From NCBI GenBank assembly GCA_031256725.1, contig JAIRQE010000007.1, positions 1-32,000 of the forward strand: a stretch of 32,000 nt of DNA. The letters run 5' to 3'. The notes under the pieces are model-generated. The model had not been told where the DNA came from. It was given only the letters and a program-made list of their open reading frames with translations, and ran no database searches. The DNA comes from Propionibacteriaceae bacterium (GTDB lineage Bacteria; Actinomycetota; Actinomycetes; Propionibacteriales; Propionibacteriaceae). This document shows, piece after piece, positions 26,411 to 32,000 of the stretch. A program made the position numbers and the translations under genes. The first letter of the stretch is position 1. Every line of letters begins with the position of its first letter.

Positions 26411-28902
26411 TGGCATCCCCCATGTTCAAAGCAGCGCTCAAGGAGTTGAAGTTCCATCCAGCGCGGTACCTCGCAACTATCGTTGCCATTGCCATTTCGG
26501 TGGGATTTGTGGCAGCCTCATCCATGGTGACCTCCACTGAAGGTACCGCCTCTGCTCGACAGCTTTCTGCTCCCTATGCACGAGCCGATCTTGTGATGAC
26601 ACTCACGCCAGCATCCACCGTGACGACCACTCAGGCAGAGGTACGTGAGGCAGTACTCACGACTCCAGGTGTGGATACTGGAGAGCCTCTGATCAACCAA
26701 ACGCTGCTGTTGTCGAAGGGCAACCTCGTAGGGTTGGCTTCGGTCACCGTACTCCCATCAAGCCAGTTCCTGTGGACCGAACTTCGCGAAGGTACCTGGC
26801 CCGCAAGCGGAGAGATCGCCCTCAACTCTGCTCTCGCTAAGGCTCTAGAAGTCGGTATAGGTGACCAGATTGACCATGACGACACGTCTTTAACCGTGTC
26901 CGGGATCACGACCGAACCCGTCAGTACCTTTATAGGTACCAACACTGCGATCATCGGACCAGATGAATCTCCCACAGATGAATGGGTGCACTTCGGAAAC
27001 TGGGTGCTGACACTCAACGACACCGTCAGTATCACTCAGGTCATCTCTGATCTGGAAGCCGCTATTGGCGCATTGGGACTGCCTGTTGAGGTCGTTGCTG
27101 GTGAGGACTATGTCAAGGAGGTGGCTCGCAGTGTCACTGGTGATATTGACACCTTCAAGTATCTCCTATGGATCTTCGCTGCTATTGCTGTTGTGGTGGG
27201 GTTGATCACCATTTCTAACACCTTCACGATCCTTTTGGCTCAACGCCAACGCCATATTGGTCTCCTGCGCAGCATTGGTACCTCTGGGAAGCAGATCCGC
27301 CGATCAGTGTGGGTTGAAGCGCTTTTTCTTGGTTTGATCGGTGGCCTGATCGGTGTGGGTTTGGCCTGCGGATTAACCGCTGTATTAGGCATATTCACTG
27401 GATCGATTCATTACGGCATTCACGTACCTCTCGTGGAGACTGCTCTAGCACTCGGACTTGGAATGGTTATCACACTGGTGGCCTCCATTGTTCCCGCTCG
27501 TCGATCCTCCAAGGTGCCTCCCCTTCAAGCCCTCCAACCTGTTGCGATGGGCGTACATGTCAAGCGAGTATCAATCGTCAGAACAGTGATCTGCGGACTC
27601 ATGATCGCAGCCGGTTTTGCGGGAGCCTTGTACTCTGTAACAATCACGGACAATGCCTTGCTTGTTGCTGTACTGAGTTCGGGTGTCCTTGCTGTTGGTG
27701 TTCTTTTTGGTGCCCGCCTGTTCGTACCCTCTCTGCTCAGGGCAGTCGGGTTTTTGGTGCGCGGTCTTGGACCTGAGGGTTCGGCTGCTGCAAAGAATGT
27801 CATACGAGATCCCGCTCGGGCCTCAGCGACTGCGACTGCACTCATGCTTGCTGTGGGGCTGATCATCACCTTGCAGATTGGGGCAGCCTCAATGAGTATC
27901 TCTGTCCAGAATAAGGTTGCTGAGGAATACCCGATCGACTTGTTTGTGAGCTCGCGTATGGATGGCGATGGTCGACTTGATCTTCCAGCGGCGATGAGCA
28001 GGAGCCTCAATGAGATCTCTGGAATTGGTCGGGTTCTCTCCATTGCCTGCAAGGATCAAGAATCGGTTGCTGAGGGGGAGACCAGCAGTTTCGACCGAGT
28101 GTGTAGTTACACTCCAGAACTGGCGGCCTTTGCTCCACGACTTCCCCAAGCAGTTCCCGATGACCAAATCTTCATCTGGGAGTCAGGTTGGGGTCTTACG
28201 GAGGGGGCTACCGTTGAACTGAATGCGGGTGGTATCCCCATGAAGGTGACGACGAAGTTTGAGCCCATTGTCATGGACTCTTATTCCTTCGTATCCCCCA
28301 AGGTCTATGCCACACTGGCAGGAGAATCCTATGACAATGCCCTCATCTTCATGAAGGTGTCCGAGGAGTCAAACCTTATGCCAGTGGTACAAGCAGTCGA
28401 AGAGGTTGTGGGTGAACACTTAAGGTTTGCTCAACTTGATGGTTCCATCTTCCAGAAGACCATGATTGAGCAGGCCATGGATATCGTCGTTAGCATAGTC
28501 TCTGCTTTGCTGGCGGTGGCCGTACTCATCGCCCTGGTTGGCGTGGGGAACACTCTCACCCTGTCAGTGATTGAACGTCAACGCGAGAATGCCATCTTTA
28601 GGGCCCTCGGATTCCTCAAACGTCAATTGAAGATCATGCTCCTCATTGAAGCAGCCCTGCTCACCCTCATTGGTGGAGTGGTTGGCTTAGTCTTCGGTGG
28701 ATTCTTCGGTTGGATTGGCGCCAAGGCTGCAGCCGCCCAGTTCGTCACGGACGGAGTGGTACTACCGGTCACCTTTGCCATCGACTGGCCCATGACCCTG
28801 GGTCTATTGGGTGTACTCCTTGTGGCTTCCATCTTGGCTTCACTCCTCCCAGGCCGCCGAGCCGCCAAAGCCAGCCCCGTGGAAGCCCTAGCCGAAATCT
28901 AG
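26410..28902 (+). CDS. ABC transporter permease with two FtsX domains (MacB-type, 830 aa)
   Basis: Two FtsX cores (RQRHIGLLRSIGTSGKQI and RQRENAIFRALGFLKRQL), each preceded by a large extracytoplasmic region. Its start overlaps the ATPase stop (TAATG). Confidence 0.9.
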   Translation: MASPMFKAALKELKFHPARYLATIVAIAISVGFVAASSMVTSTEGTASARQLSAPYARADLVMTLTPASTVTTTQAEVREAVLTTPGVDTGEPLINQTLLLSKGNLVGLASVTVLPSSQFLWTELREGTWPASGEIALNSALAKALEVGIGDQIDHDDTSLTVSGITTEPVSTFIGTNTAIIGPDESPTDEWVHFGNWVLTLNDTVSITQVISDLEAAIGALGLPVEVVAGEDYVKEVARSVTGDIDTFKYLLWIFAAIAVVVGLITISNTFTILLAQRQRHIGLLRSIGTSGKQIRRSVWVEALFLGLIGGLIGVGLACGLTAVLGIFTGSIHYGIHVPLVETALALGLGMVITLVASIVPARRSSKVPPLQALQPVAMGVHVKRVSIVRTVICGLMIAAGFAGALYSVTITDNALLVAVLSSGVLAVGVLFGARLFVPSLLRAVGFLVRGLGPEGSAAAKNVIRDPARASATATALMLAVGLIITLQIGAASMSISVQNKVAEEYPIDLFVSSRMDGDGRLDLPAAMSRSLNEISGIGRVLSIACKDQESVAEGETSSFDRVCSYTPELAAFAPRLPQAVPDDQIFIWESGWGLTEGATVELNAGGIPMKVTTKFEPIVMDSYSFVSPKVYATLAGESYDNALIFMKVSEESNLMPVVQAVEEVVGEHLRFAQLDGSIFQKTMIEQAMDIVVSIVSALLAVAVLIALVGVGNTLTLSVIERQRENAIFRALGFLKRQLKIMLLIEAALLTLIGGVVGLVFGGFFGWIGAKAAAAQFVTDGVVLPVTFAIDWPMTLGLLGVLLVASILASLLPGRRAAKASPVEALAEI

Positions 28903-29064
28903 ATGGCTTTAAAGGCCATCAAAATAGCAGGATTAAGAATCTGTGTACCAGGGATCTGTGCTGTTTGACTATGGCTGAGAAGGGCAGTATCAACTGCTTC
29001 ATCCCAGTGGTTCCCATCCTGCAGTACGGCAAGGGTCGATATCGTAGGCTGGCGATAGTAGAAG

Positions 29065-29093
29065 GTGGTGTCTGTGGACACTCTTGTTCACTC
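29065..29093. repeat. copy 2 of the 29-nt exact repeat, here part of a perfect hairpin
   Basis: Identical to 2935-2963. In this copy TCTGTGGA (29071-29078) pairs with TCCACAGA (29092-29099) across a 13-nt loop. Confidence 0.9.
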
Positions 29094-29336
29094 CACAGAT
29101 GCGCGCTCAATACAATGCCAAGACTTCGTGCTTAACCTTTGGGGTACCACCGTCGCTTGATGTACCACATTTGGCGATCCACCCTCCGCTCTGATCGTCG
29201 ATGAGAGCCACTTTGGGTCGTGCGCCACCAATGCTTGTCCCATGGATGAGAGCTGACTCGAGTGCAGGCGCGAGGGGAGCGCCACAGGTTCATAGGAACC
29301 GGAGAGCCAGATCCAGACACATTGCTCAGAAGTCAT
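29088..29336 (-). CDS. HipA N-terminal subdomain-like small protein (HipS-like) or a truncated hipA remnant
   Basis: Its start overlaps the hipB-like stop. VWIWLSGSYEPVAL and AHDPKWLSS resemble the HipA coupling-domain pattern (WLxGxxVGxL ... YDPxWL). It is only 82 codons long and no kinase domain follows. Confidence 0.45.
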   Translation of the reverse strand: MTSEQCVWIWLSGSYEPVALPSRLHSSQLSSMGQALVAHDPKWLSSTIRAEGGSPNVVHQATVVPQRLSTKSWHCIERASVE

Positions 29337-29658
29337 TGGATGGCTCCACTTTTGGCATCACCCGGTTGGGCATTAACCTCACAATTTCACGCTGGCTACG
29401 AGTTAGTCGCGCCAGTTCCTCTCTGTCAGGTAGATAGAGAGGAATGTTCAGGGCAGCGCAAACATTGAGTACATGTCCAAAAGCAACGGTTGGTTTCCCA
29501 TGTTCAATGGCAGCGATGGTGTACCGCGAACAACCAGATCGTGAAGCCAACTCTTCGGTCGTCCATCGACGATTAATGCGCTCGGTACGCACATTGGCCG
29601 CCATGAGGAGCACAGCGTCTTGCGCATAGGGCACCATGTCAATAGCCCCTCGACCCAT
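29326..29658 (-). CDS. XRE-family HTH protein, HipB-like
   Basis: HTH region WTTEELASRSGCSRYTIAAIEHGKPTVAFGHVLNVCAALN. I chose ATG 29658 because AAGGAG lies 5 nt upstream on the minus strand. The track start at 29697 lacks an SD sequence. Confidence 0.8.
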   Translation of the reverse strand: MGRGAIDMVPYAQDAVLLMAANVRTERINRRWTTEELASRSGCSRYTIAAIEHGKPTVAFGHVLNVCAALNIPLYLPDREELARLTRSQREIVRLMPNRVMPKVEPSNDF

Positions 29659-29675
29659 ACTGTCTCCTTGTATAG

Positions 29676-29700
29676 TTTCGACATATACTTTCGACATATA
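29676..29700. promoter_or_regulatory. tandem 12-nt direct repeat (tttcgacatata x2, 13-nt register) upstream of the hipB-like gene
   Basis: Repeats at 29676-29687 and 29689-29700 are identical. They lie just 5' of the hipB RBS on the minus strand. Confidence 0.4.
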
Positions 29701-30046
29701 GACCTATACGCTAAAACTATTCAACGTGAAAAGAAGTTGCAGTGGATGAAAAATCTCAAGGTGACACAGAATTGAGTGGAATAAATTTGCGCCTGAACCC
29801 CAAACTATGGCAAGATTGCGGAGTTGCTCCGACGAGCGAGGATTGGTTGCGTGCTCAGCCGCGATCGTGATTGCTCACCGGTTCCCGATCTTGTATCGGA
29901 TACCACCCACTAGGAAAAAACAGGACGAGTGCGGATAAAACCCGCGACACGCCCGACCTCGGGGGTCGGAGGACAGCATCGCTCGACGTGAGGGATGTAG
30001 AGCGACAGCCAGGGGCAATCCTTGGTCAAGCAGAGAGGAACTAGCA

Positions 30047-30358
30047 GTGGCCGGACAAAAAATCCGAATAAGGCTTCGAGCCTATGACCACGAAGTCATC
30101 GATTCGTCGGCGCGCAAGATCGTCGAGACCGTGACGCGCACTGGTGCTCAGGTTGCCGGCCCTGTGCCGTTACCCACTGAGAAGAACGTGTTCTGCGTGA
30201 TCCGTTCTCCCCACAAATATAAGGATTCTCGGGAACACTTCGAGATGCGGACCCACAAGCGTTTGATCGACATCCTTGATCCCACGCCTAAGACTGTGGA
30301 TTCCCTCATGCGCCTCGATCTTCCCGCAGGTGTTGACATCGAGATCAAGCTTCCCTGA
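30047..30358 (+). CDS. rpsJ: 30S ribosomal protein S10
   Basis: [29 protein letters not shown] with a GTG start. This is the canonical first gene of the S10 operon. Confidence 0.98.
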   Translation: MAGQKIRIRLRAYDHEVIDSSARKIVETVTRTGAQVAGPVPLPTEKNVFCVIRSPHKYKDSREHFEMRTHKRLIDILDPTPKTVDSLMRLDLPAGVDIEIKLP

Positions 30359-30366
30359 GGTCAGTA

Positions 30367-31053
30367 ATGAATAAAGAACGAAAAATCAAAGGTATCATCG
30401 GGCGCAAGCTCGGGATGACTCAAATGTGGGATGAGAACAACAAGGTCATCCCTGTAACAGTGATCGAGGCTGGACCCTGTGTTGTTACACAGATCCGCAC
30501 TCTTGATCGCGATGGCTATTCCGCCGTACAGCTCGGGTTCGGAGAACTCCCCAACAAGATCAAGAAGAAGGGGGACAAGATCGTTCGTCGTTCCATCTCC
30601 CTGCCGGTCAAGGGGCACTTCGATAAGGCTGGTGTGAGTCCTCGCCGCCACCTGATGGAGATCCGTACCACAGACGCCGATCAGTACGAATTGGGTTCCG
30701 ATGTCACCGCTGAGGTCTTCGCTGAAGCCGAGGTGGTTGACGTAATTGGTGTGACCAAGGGTAAGGGTACAGCTGGTGTCATGAAGCGCCACGGCTTCCG
30801 CGGTCTCGGTGCCGGCCACGGTGTTCACCGCAAGCACCGTTCCCCAGGTTCCATCGGCCAGTGCGCCACCCCTTCCCGCATTTTCAAGGGTACGAGGATG
30901 GCTGGTCATATGGGTGTTGTACGCAGGACCATCCAGAATCTCACCATTGCCAAGGTTGATGCTGAGCGCGGTTTGATCCTGGTTAAGGGTGCGATCCCAG
31001 GTCCGAAGAACGGCCTCGTCTTTGTACGAAGTGCTGCGAAGAAGGGTGCGTGA
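30367..31053 (+). CDS. rplC: 50S ribosomal protein L3
   Basis: [24 protein letters not shown] and [11 protein letters not shown]. Confidence 0.97.
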   Translation: MNKERKIKGIIGRKLGMTQMWDENNKVIPVTVIEAGPCVVTQIRTLDRDGYSAVQLGFGELPNKIKKKGDKIVRRSISLPVKGHFDKAGVSPRRHLMEIRTTDADQYELGSDVTAEVFAEAEVVDVIGVTKGKGTAGVMKRHGFRGLGAGHGVHRKHRSPGSIGQCATPSRIFKGTRMAGHMGVVRRTIQNLTIAKVDAERGLILVKGAIPGPKNGLVFVRSAAKKGA

Positions 31054-31054
31054 G

Positions 31055-32000
31055 ATGTCAGAGATTTCAGTAGCTATCCTGGGTGGAGACAAGAAGACTG
31101 GCAAAGTTGATTTGCCAAGCAACGTCTTCGGTTGCGAGGTGAACGTCCCCTTGATCCATCAGGTCGTCGTTGCACAGTTGGCAGCCGCCCGCCAGGGAAC
31201 CCATGCCACCAAGACTCGCGGAGATGTTCGCGGTGGTGGCGCAAAGCCGTGGAGACAAAAGGGTACAGGCCGCGCACGTCACGGGTCCCGTCGTGCACCC
31301 CAGTGGACCGGAGGTGGTACAGTCCACGGACCGCAGCCCCGCTCGTACGCTCAAAGAACTCCTAAGAAGATGATCGCCGCGGCTCTGCGCTCTGCTTTGT
31401 CCGAGCGTTATGCTGATGGAAAGCTCTTCGTGATCGAGAATCTCGCTAGTGAAACCCCATCAACCCGTCAGGCGCTGCAAGCTTTGAGTGTGGTGGGTGA
31501 CTACAAGTCCGCTGTTGTGGTTCTTCACCGTGATGAAGATAGTGCGTGGCTCTCCTTGCGTAATGTGGTGAATGTTCACGCCATCGCAGTCGATCAGTTG
31601 AATACCTATGATGTTGTCGCCAACGAGGTTGTGGTCTTCACCAAAGACGCCATGGATGACTTCATCGCGCGTACTACTTCCGCAACGGAATCGAAGCCAG
31701 TCATCGTACCAGCCGCGAAGAAGAAGGCCGTCAAGGAAACCAAGGTGAAGCCTGCAAAGGTTGCTAAGGCTCCTGTCGAAGAGGTTGCTCCACCAGCTCC
31801 GGTTGTGGAAGAAGTACCAGCCCCTGTTGAAGAGATCGTCGAAGCTGTGGTGGAAGCCCCAGTCGTTGAAGAACCAGTTCTCGAAGAACCAGTGGTTGAG
31901 GCCCCGATTGAGGAAACCCCCGAGGTGGTTGAGGTTGTCGAAGAGGTAGCCGAAGTCACCAAGCCTGCGGCAAAGACCGCTAAGGCTGTCAAGGCCGAGG
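31055..32000 (+). CDS. rplD: 50S ribosomal protein L4 with a long acidic C-terminal extension (3' end outside the window)
   Basis: It is not in the ORF track because there is no stop in the window. ATG 31055 follows the L3 stop by 1 nt. My translation gives [11 protein letters not shown]...[19 protein letters not shown]...; the frame is still open at nt 32000. Confidence 0.95.
   Translation, partial: MSEISVAILGGDKKTGKVDLPSNVFGCEVNVPLIHQVVVAQLAAARQGTHATKTRGDVRGGGAKPWRQKGTGRARHGSRRAPQWTGGGTVHGPQPRSYAQRTPKKMIAAALRSALSERYADGKLFVIENLASETPSTRQALQALSVVGDYKSAVVVLHRDEDSAWLSLRNVVNVHAIAVDQLNTYDVVANEVVVFTKDAMDDFIARTTSATESKPVIVPAAKKKAVKETKVKPAKVAKAPVEEVAPPAPVVEEVPAPVEEIVEAVVEAPVVEEPVLEEPVVEAPIEETPEVVEVVEEVAEVTKPAAKTAKAVKAE

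Noticed and set aside
28902-28920. Hairpin GATGGC-tttaaag-GCCATC right after the permease stop, considered as a terminator
   Set aside because: The 6-bp stem is followed by an A-run rather than a U-tract on the plus strand. It is plausible but unsupported, so I did not list it as a feature.
28710-29135. 141-codon plus-strand ORF running from the permease 3' end across the intergenic repeat
   Set aside because: It is off-frame within the permease for its first 190 nt. The composition is Arg/Pro/Cys/His-rich, and it has no RBS.
29701-30046. 346-nt leader upstream of rpsJ with several short hairpins (for example CCGAT-cttgt-ATCGG and CCGACC-tcggg-GGTCGG), considered as a ribosomal-protein autoregulatory leader
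   Set aside because: Long structured S10-operon leaders are common. I cannot match this one to a known L4-binding leader by eye, and I have no specific evidence beyond the short stems.
30361-31122. 253-codon ORF antisense to rplC
   Set aside because: It is the exact shadow of a highly conserved ribosomal gene. The sequence is low-complexity with no motif or RBS. This is the typical stop-poor antisense frame of GC-biased coding DNA.

Overview
This window reads as an actinobacterial chromosomal segment. My hand counts put core genes at roughly 55-57% G+C. Almost everything is on the + strand, and many starts and stops overlap.

Gene order, left to right:
- 3' end of a polymorphic toxin (Hint pretoxin domain plus an unassigned tip), with a 1-nt-overlapping putative immunity gene in an AT-rich patch
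- meaB
- clpB, preceded by an HspR/HAIR-like operator
- asd and proC, overlapping
- an unlisted 33-codon bS22 ribosomal protein gene
- a histidine phosphatase
- a TetR regulator
- a class II Fic AMPylase behind a structured AT-rich spacer
- an 817-aa membrane protein that looks like a pseudokinase inserted into an MprF-type flippase-like protein
- a translationally coupled run: nadE, HSP90 paralog, 645-aa helical-repeat protein, YbjN-like protein
- a lower-GC cluster: lipoprotein, ectodomain-less FtsX protein, ABC ATPase, large polytopic membrane protein
- a DMT/EamA transporter with a very His-rich tail
- a MacB-type ABC pair
- a minus-strand hipB plus HipA-N-terminal (HipS-like) pair with no kinase gene
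- the start of the S10 operon (rpsJ, rplC, and rplD with a long acidic extension running off the window)

I found no rRNA, tRNA, CRISPR array or transposase.

The two best candidates for an undescribed system are the HSP90-paralog/helical-repeat/YbjN module (15674-19918) and the lipoprotein/mini-FtsX/ATPase/polytopic-membrane cluster (20136-24090).

Non-coding curiosities include a 29-nt exact repeat at two sites 26 kb apart, a 27-bp perfect inverted repeat between clpB and asd, and tandem 12-mers upstream of hipB.

All calls come from reading the sequence and the ORF track by eye. No searches were run, so family names come from motif recognition and memory.
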